Shown: positions 21,659 through 30,329 of the stretch, piece after piece
How the letters are laid out: each line of letters begins with the position of its first letter
Position numbering within the stretch: the stretch's first letter is position 1
From: an uncultured Clostridia bacterium
GTDB lineage: Bacteria; Bacillota; Clostridia; TANB77; CAG-508
Reading direction: 5' to 3'
Length of the DNA: 64,000 bases
NCBI GenBank assembly: GCA_944389745.1
Contig: CALXNM010000005.1
Span: 8,078-72,077 of the forward strand
The notes under the pieces: generated by a model
What the model saw: only the letters and a program-made list of their open reading frames with translations
Told to the model about the DNA's origin: nothing
Databases searched by the model: none
Made by a program: the position numbers and the translations under genes

Positions 21659-21811
21659 ATGCAAGAAGAAGTAAGAAATTGTGGATGCGGATGTGACAAT
21701 GGTGGACTTTTAGGAAACATTTTTGGCGGATGTGGTTGCCAAGATAATAGTATGCTATTTTTTATACTAATATTCCTAATACTATTCTGTAATTGTGGAT
21801 GTAATAGATAG
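21659..21811 (+). CDS. 50-aa Cys/Gly-rich small membrane peptide (not in the ORF track)
   Basis: ATG 21659 is preceded by AAAGGGG. It translates to MQEEVRNCGCGCDNGGLLGNIFGGCGCQDNSMLFFILIFLILFCNCGCNR with stop TAG at 21809..21811. CGC/GCGC motifs flank a hydrophobic helix. Confidence 0.45.
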   Translation: MQEEVRNCGCGCDNGGLLGNIFGGCGCQDNSMLFFILIFLILFCNCGCNR

Positions 21812-21975
21812 TAGAAAACATACATCATATCATATAAAAAATATATAATAAGATTATATGAAAAATAAAACTAAGGAGATAAAGTAAAAAATACTTTATA
21901 AACCTCTTTAGTTTTTTACTTTTTTGGAAAATAAAAACAAAAAGCATTATAAAAATACAGAAAAGGTGAAAACTC

Positions 21976-22536
21976 TTGACAAACACTGCACATATTGATA
22001 ATATTATGGTTGTAGAAATGGAGGAAAACGTGTTATATCCAAAAGAGTATTTTAATAGTGTAAAAGATATAAGTTTAGAATTATTGAATAAATATAATAT
22101 AAAGGGATTAATACTAGATGTAGATAATACACTAATAAATTTAGAAAGAAAAATGCCTGAAGGTGTTTCTGATTGGGCTAAAAACTTAAAAGATAATGGA
22201 ATAAAAATATGTCTTTTATCAAATAGTAATAAAGTAGATAAAGTTGGAGCAGTAGCTAGAATACTAAATGTACCATATATCTTTTTTGGAAAGAAACCAT
22301 TAAAATCAGGCTTTTTACGTGCGAAAGAACTTCTAAAATTAAATAATGAAAATATTGCAGTAGTAGGAGACCAAATTTTTACAGATGTAATTGGTGCAAA
22401 TAGATGTAATATGTTTTCTATATTGGTAAAACCTTTAGAAGAAAAAGATTATTTAATAACAAGAATGAAAAGACCAATAGAAAAACTTATAATAAAAAAT
22501 TATGAAAGAGATAAAAGAAGAAAAAGTTTAAAATAA
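21976..22536 (+). CDS. YqeG-family HAD-IIIA phosphatase
   Basis: LDVDNTL, LLSNSN and GDQIFTDVIGANR motifs. The likely start is an internal ATG (22006 or 22018). Confidence 0.8.
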   Translation: MTNTAHIDNIMVVEMEENVLYPKEYFNSVKDISLELLNKYNIKGLILDVDNTLINLERKMPEGVSDWAKNLKDNGIKICLLSNSNKVDKVGAVARILNVPYIFFGKKPLKSGFLRAKELLKLNNENIAVVGDQIFTDVIGANRCNMFSILVKPLEEKDYLITRMKRPIEKLIIKNYERDKRRKSLK

Positions 22537-22569
22537 AACTAAAAGTAATACATAAAACGGAGGAGAAAA

Positions 22570-23310
22570 ATGTATATTAATGAATTACATATATTAACAT
22601 ATGTTATAGTAGGAATAATAGGGCTGATAGTAGGACAATTAATAGATTGGTGCAACTTAAGAATGACTGAACATAAAAAATTGTTTTCAAGAGATTTTTT
22701 TAAAGAATATTTAAAAAATACTAGACCAAAATATTTATTAATGATTATTGTAGCTGTTGCATATATCGTTTTACTTTACTGCAAAGGATTAACAATAGAT
22801 ACACTAAAATTTGCATTCTTAATACCAATGTTAATAAGTGCATTTATAATAGATTTTAAATCACAAATAATACCAAATAGATTAACTCTTACTGTATTTG
22901 AGATAGGTTTAATATTTACATTTGTAGAAACATTACAAAATACAAATTTAGGAATTAATATATTTATAGACAATATGCTAGGAATGATAATAGGAGGAGG
23001 AATCTTTTTATTAATAACATTATTAGGAGGACTAATGGCAAGAAAAGAAGCCATGGGATTTGGAGATGTAAAATTCATGGCAGCATTAGGTTTATTCTTT
23101 GGCTGGATGAACATAATCCTAATATCAGTAATGTCATTCCTTTTTGCAGCAATTGTAAGTATAGTAATATTAATAAGCAGAAAGAAAAAATCTAGTGAAT
23201 ATATTCCGTTTGGACCATTTATTGTAATTGCAAGTTTAATACCAATATATATGTCTACATCAGATATATTAATGGTTTTATTAGAAATATTTTCATTAGG
23301 TACATATTAA
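22570..23310 (+). CDS. prepilin peptidase (A24 family)
   Basis: Polytopic membrane protein with GFGDVKFMAALGLFFGW and a second Asp context typical of A24. Confidence 0.8.
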   Translation: MYINELHILTYVIVGIIGLIVGQLIDWCNLRMTEHKKLFSRDFFKEYLKNTRPKYLLMIIVAVAYIVLLYCKGLTIDTLKFAFLIPMLISAFIIDFKSQIIPNRLTLTVFEIGLIFTFVETLQNTNLGINIFIDNMLGMIIGGGIFLLITLLGGLMARKEAMGFGDVKFMAALGLFFGWMNIILISVMSFLFAAIVSIVILISRKKKSSEYIPFGPFIVIASLIPIYMSTSDILMVLLEIFSLGTY

Positions 23311-23373
23311 GATAGATATTATAATAAATAATTAATAAATATAGCAGTATATGTAGTAATAAGGGGGGATTTT

Positions 23374-24441
23374 ATGAATCCAAAGATTAAATGGTTAAGA
23401 GATAAAATAAATATGGAGAATATGCAAGGAATGATAATATCAAACCCTGTTAACATACGATACCTCACAGGAATAAAAGCAGAGGGTGTATTGCTAATTA
23501 CAAGAAAAGAAAACTTTTTTATAACAGATGCAAGATATTTAGAAGAAGTAAAATCTACATTAACAATTAATGATGAAATAATAGTTAGTGATATAGCAAC
23601 TATTACAAGAGATGATTATGAAAATTTCTTTTTATTTTGTGAAAATGTAGGATTTGAAGAAAATTATATAACTTATGCTACATATAAAAAATGTATAGAA
23701 AGATATAAAATTAACAATTTTGAAGAAACAGAAAACTTAATTGAAAAACAAAGAATGATTAAAGATGATGAAGAAATAGGATTAATAGAAAAAGCATGCT
23801 ATATTACAGACCAATGCTTTACACATTTATGCAATTATATAAAAATAGGAATGACAGAAAGACAAATTGAATTTGAAATAGAAAAATTCTTTAAAGAAAA
23901 TGGAGCAGAAGGTTTAGCATTTGATTCAATTGTTGCATCAGGAAAAAATTCATCAAAACCTCATGCGGTACCAACAGACAAAAAAATAGAAGCAGGAGAC
24001 GCAATAACAATTGATATGGGCTGTAAATACAAAGGTTATTGCTCAGATATGACAAGAACAATTTTTGCAGGATATGTTCCTGTCCAAGTTCAAAAAATAT
24101 ACGATTTAGTTTTAAAAAACGAACTTCAAACTTTAAAAGAATATAAAGATGGAGTAAGTATCAGATTAGTAAGTAAAATGGTAGAAAATGATTTTAAATT
24201 AAATGGATATGATTTAGTTCATAGTTTAGGTCATGGAGTTGGTTTGGATATTCATGAGATGCCATTTATAAATGGAAAAAATGATAATACTTTAAAAGCA
24301 AATATGGTAGTTACAAATGAACCAGGAATATACATACCAGGAAGCTTTGGAGTTAGAATAGAAGATACAGTATTAATTACAAAATCTGGATGTATAAGTT
24401 TAACTAAATCTGACAAAAATTATATTATAGTAGATAAATAA
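23374..24441 (+). CDS. Xaa-Pro aminopeptidase (M24B)
   Basis: M24 metal-ligand context (DMGCKYKGYCSDMTRT, HSLGHGVGLDIHE, NEPGIY, RIEDTV). Conserved position upstream of efp. Confidence 0.9.
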   Translation: MNPKIKWLRDKINMENMQGMIISNPVNIRYLTGIKAEGVLLITRKENFFITDARYLEEVKSTLTINDEIIVSDIATITRDDYENFFLFCENVGFEENYITYATYKKCIERYKINNFEETENLIEKQRMIKDDEEIGLIEKACYITDQCFTHLCNYIKIGMTERQIEFEIEKFFKENGAEGLAFDSIVASGKNSSKPHAVPTDKKIEAGDAITIDMGCKYKGYCSDMTRTIFAGYVPVQVQKIYDLVLKNELQTLKEYKDGVSIRLVSKMVENDFKLNGYDLVHSLGHGVGLDIHEMPFINGKNDNTLKANMVVTNEPGIYIPGSFGVRIEDTVLITKSGCISLTKSDKNYIIVDK

Positions 24442-24538
24442 GAACTTAAATACAAGGCTTTTATACTTGATTTACGGTAAAACATATGGTAAAATAGTTA
24501 AAGCTTAAATTTACGTTAATTTGAAAGGAGAAATAGAT

Positions 24539-25105
24539 ATGGCAGAAGTATATTCAGCAGGAGATTTTAGAAATGGAACAACATTTGAAATGGATGGAAA
24601 CGTATTTAAAGTAGTAGAATTCCAACACGTAAAACCAGGAAAGGGCTCAGCTTTTGTTAGAACAAAACTTAAAAATGTAATAACAGGAGCAGTAATAGAA
24701 AAAACATTTAACCCATCAGAAAAATTCCCAGCAGCAGAAATAGAAAAAAGAGAAATGCAATACTTATATAATGATGGAGGATTATATTATTTCATGGATA
24801 ATGAAACATATGAACAAATGCCTCTTAATGAAGAACAAATTGGTGATGGATTAAAATTCTTAAAAGAAAATATGAATGTAAAAATATTATCATATAGAGG
24901 AAATGTATTTTCAGTTGAACCACCAATGTTTGTTGAATTAGAAGTTACATATACAGAACCAGGATTTGCAGGAAACACAACAACTACATCAGGAAAACCT
25001 GCAACACTTGAAAATGGATACAAACTTACTGTACCTCTATTTGTAAATATTGGTGATGTTGTTAGAATAGACACAAGAACTGGTGAATATATGGAAAGAG
25101 TATAA
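24539..25105 (+). CDS. efp: elongation factor P
   Basis: [41 protein letters not shown] is canonical EF-P. AAAGGAG lies 8 nt before ATG 24539. Confidence 0.97.
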   Translation: MAEVYSAGDFRNGTTFEMDGNVFKVVEFQHVKPGKGSAFVRTKLKNVITGAVIEKTFNPSEKFPAAEIEKREMQYLYNDGGLYYFMDNETYEQMPLNEEQIGDGLKFLKENMNVKILSYRGNVFSVEPPMFVELEVTYTEPGFAGNTTTTSGKPATLENGYKLTVPLFVNIGDVVRIDTRTGEYMERV

Positions 25106-25122
25106 GGAGGAAATTATTATAT

Positions 25123-25665
25123 ATGTCTGATATAAAGGGTAAATATATGCAAATATTAGAAGATTTAGAATCTAATATTAAAAATAAAGAGGATCTAGCT
25201 ATAGCAAAAGAAAAATTTATGGAACTAACCGTAGTTTTTATGGATATAGTAGATAGATTGACATTTTTAACAGATGAAAGAATTAAAAACATAGAAGAAA
25301 AACAAGTAGAAATAAACAATAGGATTAGTAATGTACAATCAATTGTAGATGGAATAGAAGAAGATATATATGATGAGGAAGACGATGAAGATGGATATGA
25401 ATTTGAAATTGTTTGTCCTTATTGTAATTATGAATTTACCACTGATATAGCAGATGAAGAAAAAAATGAAATAAAATGTCCTCAATGTAATAATATTATA
25501 GAATTAGACTGGAATTCTGATGAAGAATATGCTTGTTCAGGAAATTGTTCACATTGTCATGGAGAAGGAGTAGCCGAAGATAGTATAGAATATAATAAGA
25601 ATTCTAAAAATAAGAAGAAAAAAGATGATAACCAAGAAGAAAATAATGAGGATGACGATATGTAA
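25123..25665 (+). CDS. acidic zinc-ribbon protein, function unknown
   Basis: CPYCNYEF...CPQCNN plus CSGNCSHCHG cysteine clusters. Glu/Asp-rich tail. Confidence 0.7.
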   Translation: MSDIKGKYMQILEDLESNIKNKEDLAIAKEKFMELTVVFMDIVDRLTFLTDERIKNIEEKQVEINNRISNVQSIVDGIEEDIYDEEDDEDGYEFEIVCPYCNYEFTTDIADEEKNEIKCPQCNNIIELDWNSDEEYACSGNCSHCHGEGVAEDSIEYNKNSKNKKKKDDNQEENNEDDDM

Positions 25666-25788
25666 AACAAACTAAAAAGACTTAGAGAATTAAATTTCTT
25701 TAGGTCTTTTTTTGTTTATAAAAATATTGCAAAAAAAATCGAATAATTGTATAATGGAAATGTGTAAAAAACGAAATAAAAGGAGGAA

Positions 25789-26385
25789 ATGTTTATGTTT
25801 TGTGAAAAATGTGGAACTCAAATTCCTGAAGACGCAGCTTTTTGCCCTAACTGTGGAGCAAGTACTTCAGGAGAAATAAACCCAGAAATTACCAAAAAAG
25901 AGAAAATAGAAGATAATGAAATACAATTAAAAGTTAAACCAACTTTTAAATGGGGGGTTGCATTATATCCATTTTTTATTACACTTATAATTATTTTAAT
26001 AGTAATGCTACCAATAGCATTTGTCTCATTTACTACGGGAATTGGAGTATTAGTTGCTATGCTAGTATTTGCTGTATTTATGGGACTAATATATTTAATA
26101 CAAGCATTAATAAACAAAAAACAAATAGAAAATTATACATACGACTTTTATAAAACAAAAGTTATATATAAAGATAGTTTTATAAACCTAGCAGAAAAAG
26201 AGGTAAAATATAAAAACATAAGAGAGATTACAATGCGTCAAACATTTTTCCAAAGATTATTTAATTTAGGAACAATTATATTATTTACCAACGCAGAAAC
26301 AGGATTTGGAAACGGAATTTTTATTAATAATGTTGAAAATGTTAAAGATGTGTATAACCAAATAAAAACAGTAGTTGAAATTTAA
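25789..26385 (+). CDS. zinc-ribbon membrane protein with a C-terminal bacterial PH (bPH_2/DUF304-like) domain, paralogue 1
   Basis: CEKCGTQIPEDAAFCPNCG, two TM helices, then YDFYKTKVIYKD...REITMRQTFFQRLFNLGTIILFTN. Confidence 0.75.
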   Translation: MFMFCEKCGTQIPEDAAFCPNCGASTSGEINPEITKKEKIEDNEIQLKVKPTFKWGVALYPFFITLIIILIVMLPIAFVSFTTGIGVLVAMLVFAVFMGLIYLIQALINKKQIENYTYDFYKTKVIYKDSFINLAEKEVKYKNIREITMRQTFFQRLFNLGTIILFTNAETGFGNGIFINNVENVKDVYNQIKTVVEI

Positions 26386-26441
26386 TAAGTATATCAAATA
26401 GGTTAAAGATATACATAAAAAAGAAAGTAAAGGAGAATATT

Positions 26442-27068
26442 ATGTTTTGTAGAAATTGTGGATCAGAAATGAGTGATACTGCTAAATTTTGCCCCAAATG
26501 TGGCACACCAAGAATAGGAGTACAAACTGAGAAAAAAGAAATAGTAGAAGATAATCAAATTATATATGAATTAAGACCAGAATTTAATTTATTATACAAA
26601 ATTTTAGAAAATATAGGAATAGTATTGTTCTATGTAATTATATTTTCTCTAATATTTAACTTTTTCGCATTATGGATGGTATATCCTGTATCAATAATAA
26701 TAACACTTGGAATTGTATTTATAATTGTTTTAATAAAAACATTAATTGATAAAATGCAATATAATGTTTTAGAATATAACTTTTATAAAACAAAAATAGA
26801 ATACAAAGATGGTTTCTTTAATAAAGAAGAAAAAGAATTAAAATACAAACATATAAGAGAAACTACAATGTCTCAAAATCTTTTAGAAAGAATGTGTGGA
26901 ATAGGAACAATAAGAATATTTACTAATGCTACTAGTGGTGTATATAATCGTAATAATCATGGTAGTATGAGAGGAAGAAATGGTATTTATATTCATTGCG
27001 TAGAAAATGTTCAAGAAGAATATAAAAAAATAAAACAAATTATTGATGAAGGAACACCAGAAGATTAA
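26442..27068 (+). CDS. zinc-ribbon membrane protein with a bPH_2-like domain, paralogue 2
   Basis: CRNCGSEMSDTAKFCPKCG, TM helices, then YNFYKTKIEYKD...RETTMSQNLLERMCGIGTIRIFTN. Same architecture as 25789..26385. Confidence 0.75.
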   Translation: MFCRNCGSEMSDTAKFCPKCGTPRIGVQTEKKEIVEDNQIIYELRPEFNLLYKILENIGIVLFYVIIFSLIFNFFALWMVYPVSIIITLGIVFIIVLIKTLIDKMQYNVLEYNFYKTKIEYKDGFFNKEEKELKYKHIRETTMSQNLLERMCGIGTIRIFTNATSGVYNRNNHGSMRGRNGIYIHCVENVQEEYKKIKQIIDEGTPED

Positions 27069-27123
27069 AGAATCTGAAGTATAGTAAGTTAAAAAACAAG
27101 TAATTATATAAAATAAAAATGTA

Positions 27124-27726
27124 CTAATTGAATAAAGTTAAAGGATCAATATAATTATTATTAACTCTAACACCAAAATGAAGATGAGGACCAGTAGTTG
27201 CACCATTAGTTGGATTACCATTTGAATCATAATATTGGTTTCCTTTAACTCCATATACATTTTTAGGACCCACATAACCAATAACTTGACCCTGAACAAC
27301 AGGGTCTCCTTTTTTTACTATATAAACAGGAGAAACATGACAATATGTAAATTTCATATTATCTTTAGAAAGAGTAATTGTATATCCACCACCACCTAAA
27401 AATCCTGTAAAAGTGATTGTACCAGAAGTTACGGCAATAAGTGTACTTCCTTCAGGTGCGCCAATATCTAACCCAGAGTGATACGAAGAAGCACCAGCAG
27501 TTGGAGAAGTTCTATAACCAAAATATGAATTGATAGTGGTATAACCAGGGGAAGGCCACACATATCCAGAAGAACTAATATCCATAGATGTAATTATATT
27601 TGAATGTGGAGAATATGCTAAAGAAGAATCTTCCATGAACGGTATAAAAAATATAGAAATAAAAAGAATCATAGAAATTATAAAAAGAATTAAAAATTTA
27701 AAAGGCATAAAAAAACTATTAGACAT
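27124..27726 (-). CDS. M23 family metallopeptidase (secreted)
   Basis: YHSGLDIGAPEGSTLIAV and GPHLHFGVRVNNNYIDP motifs with a signal/TM N-terminus. AGGAG SD before ATG 27726. The track's longer ORF to 27801 runs through the palindrome. Confidence 0.85.
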   Translation of the reverse strand: MSNSFFMPFKFLILFIISMILFISIFFIPFMEDSSLAYSPHSNIITSMDISSSGYVWPSPGYTTINSYFGYRTSPTAGASSYHSGLDIGAPEGSTLIAVTSGTITFTGFLGGGGYTITLSKDNMKFTYCHVSPVYIVKKGDPVVQGQVIGYVGPKNVYGVKGNQYYDSNGNPTNGATTGPHLHFGVRVNNNYIDPLTLFN

Positions 27727-27771
27727 AAAAACTCTCCTTTTTATTTGAAATTTATCTAATAGCCCCCGAAA

Positions 27772-27798
27772 TGCCAATGGGGACAGAACCCTTTGGCA
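27772..27798 (+). repeat. REP-like palindrome, copy 4, downstream of the gtrA-like gene
   Basis: TGCCAATGGGGACAGAACCCTTTGGCA, 57 nt past the stop of the - strand gene 27855..28382. Confidence 0.65.
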
Positions 27799-27854
27799 CA
27801 TATATCAATACCAGCAATGGCATTTGAAAAATTAATTAACTTAAGTTATTATTA

Positions 27855-28382
27855 TCACCTTTGTGTTGATTTAAATGCGAAAAATTTACTAATAAAGAAA
27901 TTCAAAATAACAACAACAACAGTTATTAGGCATTTACTAATTATAGGAAGGAAAGGTGCATTATTGAAAAGTAATGTACCTCCAAAAGATTCAATAAACA
28001 TAGTAAAAAGTCTACCTAAAATAAATTTTGAAAATTCTATAAATTTTTCACCAAAGCCTTTGGCTTCAGAATGAAAAACCAAATCTTTATTTGTAACATA
28101 AGCAACCAATACAGCAAGAACAATTGCAATATTATTTGCTGAAGTTTCATTAACACCAAAGAAAGATGATAGCACATAAAAAGAACCTATATTTACTAAA
28201 GTAGTTAATGCTCCAAAAACAACATATAGGATAACTTCTTTACAGAAAAGTTTTTTAAAAAAACTTTTCTTAGGTTTCTTTTGTTCAATTAATTGATTAT
28301 TATCTGCTGCAATATTTTCAGCATTTTCTTTATTCAAGTCAGTATTTTCAACATTATTTATATTATTATCTAAATTCTTCAT
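27855..28382 (-). CDS. GtrA-family membrane protein
   Basis: Four-TM GtrA-like core (VVFGALTTLVNIGSFYVL..., ...FISKFFAFK) with a hydrophilic N-terminal extension. Confidence 0.7.
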   Translation of the reverse strand: MKNLDNNINNVENTDLNKENAENIAADNNQLIEQKKPKKSFFKKLFCKEVILYVVFGALTTLVNIGSFYVLSSFFGVNETSANNIAIVLAVLVAYVTNKDLVFHSEAKGFGEKFIEFSKFILGRLFTMFIESFGGTLLFNNAPFLPIISKCLITVVVVILNFFISKFFAFKSTQR

Positions 28383-28456
28383 AAAAAATTCCTTTTAGCA
28401 TTATTAAATTAAAAAATTAAAATAAAATGCACAATTAAAGAAATTGTGCAAATGGT

Positions 28457-28532
28457 TTGGCAGGGGTACTAAGACTCGAACTCAGACTTGTGGTTTTGGA
28501 GACCATCGTGCTAACCATTAACACTATACCCC
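28457..28532 (-). tRNA. trnW: tRNA-Trp (anticodon CCA)
   Basis: The reverse complement AGGGGTATAGTGTTAATGGTTAGCACGATGGTCTCCAAAACCACAAGTCTGAGTTCGAGTCTTAGTACCCCTGCCA folds as a cloverleaf. Anticodon loop is CTCCAAA, T-loop is TTCGAGT, and the CCA end is encoded. Confidence 0.92.
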
Positions 28533-28627
28533 TATGAAATTACTTTATTATCTTAGCACAAAAAATAAATTAATGCAAGAGGAAAAAAGAAAAAATTATG
28601 AATAACTTAATTAATAAAATAAATGAT

Positions 28628-28655
28628 GGAGCCCCCAGTTTGCACCGGGGGCTCC
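28628..28655 (-). terminator. GC-rich hairpin terminator of foreign cassette A
   Basis: GGAGCCCCC-10 nt loop-GGGGGCTCC, 27 nt beyond the stop of 28682..29146. An A/T-rich run follows on the - strand. Confidence 0.6.
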
Positions 28656-28681
28656 AAATTGGCCGCTCTTCCTGGAAAAGA

Positions 28682-29146
28682 TTACTTCTTCCAGAAGTAG
28701 AGCTCCAGCTCCTCATCGGTCTTAACGACCACAGCAAGGAACCTCTCGTCCTCGAAAACGAACGTGTTCTCCATGCCGTCGACAACCTTCCAGCTGTCGT
28801 TGTCGCTGTCACGGCTGATTCCCGGAATCTTGCACGGGTTGATCATGTCGTAGCAGGACAGCTTGAGACCCTTGTCAGGGTACTCACAGATGGGGTCGAG
28901 CACCTTAATTGCCGTAGCAATCTCAATGCCCATGGTTCCGGTTGCACCGCAGATGGCGTCAACGACGTAGGGATAACCGTTGTAGGTGCAGTCACCCTTG
29001 TCATACACCATAAAAGCGGTGCGAGGTCCGAGAATGGTCAGCGCCCGTTCGGCATTGACATTTTCGGCCTCATCGATGATCGAATTGTCCTTAAACTGAA
29101 AGAAGCTGTTGTTTGGGCAATAGCCCAGATTCTCGTACTTTGCCAT
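28682..29146 (-). CDS. foreign-composition cassette A: 154-aa Cys-rich, His-free cytoplasmic protein, family not recognised
   Basis: ATG 29146 (MAKYENLGYCPNN...) is preceded by AAGGAGG with a 9-nt spacer. Hand-counted GC is 48%, 55% and 55% over three 60-nt blocks, against ~23% in the next native gene. The track ORF extends to 29254 but lacks an SD. Confidence 0.75.
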   Translation of the reverse strand: MAKYENLGYCPNNSFFQFKDNSIIDEAENVNAERALTILGPRTAFMVYDKGDCTYNGYPYVVDAICGATGTMGIEIATAIKVLDPICEYPDKGLKLSCYDMINPCKIPGISRDSDNDSWKVVDGMENTFVFEDERFLAVVVKTDEELELYFWKK

Positions 29147-29224
29147 GATGCAATTCCTCCTTTTGATAGTAGTACAATGGCCAATACAGTTAAATGCTCC
29201 GATTATTCCGGAAACATTAAATAT

Positions 29225-29254
29225 ATTATACAATAATTTACATAAAAAAATCAA
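29225..29254 (-). promoter_or_regulatory. candidate promoter of cassette A
   Basis: On the - strand: TTGATT, 18-nt spacer, TATAAT. This implies a ~70-nt leader. Confidence 0.4.
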
Positions 29255-29460
29255 ATTATGGAAACAAACACTATCTAATAACGGCTAAACTAATAAAAGT
29301 TAATAATAAATTTTAATAAATATAAAAATAAAAAATTAAAAAAATCAAAAACATAAAAGTTAAAATAAAAAATAAATAATAAAAAACATACTTTTTTAAA
29401 TTAATGTGATATAATGAATGCGAAAAGTTAGAATAAAATAAAGAATAAAAGGAGGAAAAA

Positions 29461-30078
29461 ATGGAAAACGAAAAAGTAATTAACAAAAGAATAAGAGAAT
29501 ATTCAAAAGGAACAGATATTGCACAAACAATAGTAATATTTTTATTAGCACTATTAGTGCCAACATTTTTAGGACAAGTATTAAACAAAGTATTTGGTGC
29601 AACAAGTACCATCGCAACAAACTCACAATTAATAATAGGAACAATAGTAAATATGGCATTAGTAATGACAGCAATTAACTTAAAAGGATGGGCAAAAATT
29701 CTAGGAGTTGTAACAATGCCAAGTATAGCCACAATATTAGGAGGATATGTATTTGGCACATCTTCTGTATTTATGGTGTATATGATACCAGCAATATGGG
29801 TTGGAAACTTTATTTTAGTATATGCATATAAATGGATAATGCTAGATAAAAAACAAAACTATTTTTTAGCAGGAATAGTTGGAATAGTATTAAAAGTATT
29901 AGTAATATTTGGTGTATTTAATTTACTTAATGTATTTAATATTTTCCCAGAAAAAATGGTAACAATGCTTCAAACATCAATGGGATTAACTCAATTAATA
30001 ACAGCAAGTTTAGGAGTGGTTTTAACTTCAATCATATATTATGCAGAGAAAAAATATAATAAAACAAAAGATTTATAA
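29461..30078 (+). CDS. polytopic membrane protein (possibly an ECF-type substrate-capture component)
   Basis: 205 aa with 5-6 hydrophobic helices. AAGGAGG SD. Native AT-rich composition. The functional call is weak. Confidence 0.6.
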   Translation: MENEKVINKRIREYSKGTDIAQTIVIFLLALLVPTFLGQVLNKVFGATSTIATNSQLIIGTIVNMALVMTAINLKGWAKILGVVTMPSIATILGGYVFGTSSVFMVYMIPAIWVGNFILVYAYKWIMLDKKQNYFLAGIVGIVLKVLVIFGVFNLLNVFNIFPEKMVTMLQTSMGLTQLITASLGVVLTSIIYYAEKKYNKTKDL

Positions 30079-30084
30079 TAAAAA

Positions 30085-30129
30085 AACAAGCTAGTAATAT
30101 ATATGAATGCCTTACTAGTTTGTTTTTTT
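30085..30129 (+). terminator. rho-independent terminator
   Basis: AACAAGCTAGTAA ... TTACTAGTTTGTT stem followed by a T-run. Confidence 0.7.
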
Positions 30130-30329
30130 ATTAGTGTAATTTGTGAAAACACAGTAAAATACTAAATTTTAGCACATATATATTGAAAAAAAGGAATAAA
30201 CATGATAATATAAGTGGTAATTATGTAAATTAAAGAATATGGAGATGAGTACATTCAACATATATCATTACGATATATATGAGAAGTTTTAAATGATTTT
30301 GAAATAAGATAATTGTTGGGGGATTAAGA

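Noticed and set aside
21592-21828. 78-aa - strand ORF in the U32/yqeG intergenic region
   Set aside because: It has no SD and an odd composition. The opposite strand carries a better-supported SD-preceded 50-aa Cys/Gly-rich ORF (21659..21811).
28598-29236. 212-aa + strand ORF (and 28570..28812 on the - strand) overlapping cassette A
   Set aside because: It is antisense to, or out of frame with, the SD-preceded ORF 28682..29146. Long stop-free frames are expected on all strands of a GC-rich insert. It has no SD, and its translation is Arg/Gly/Val-rich as is typical of off-frame GC-rich sequence.
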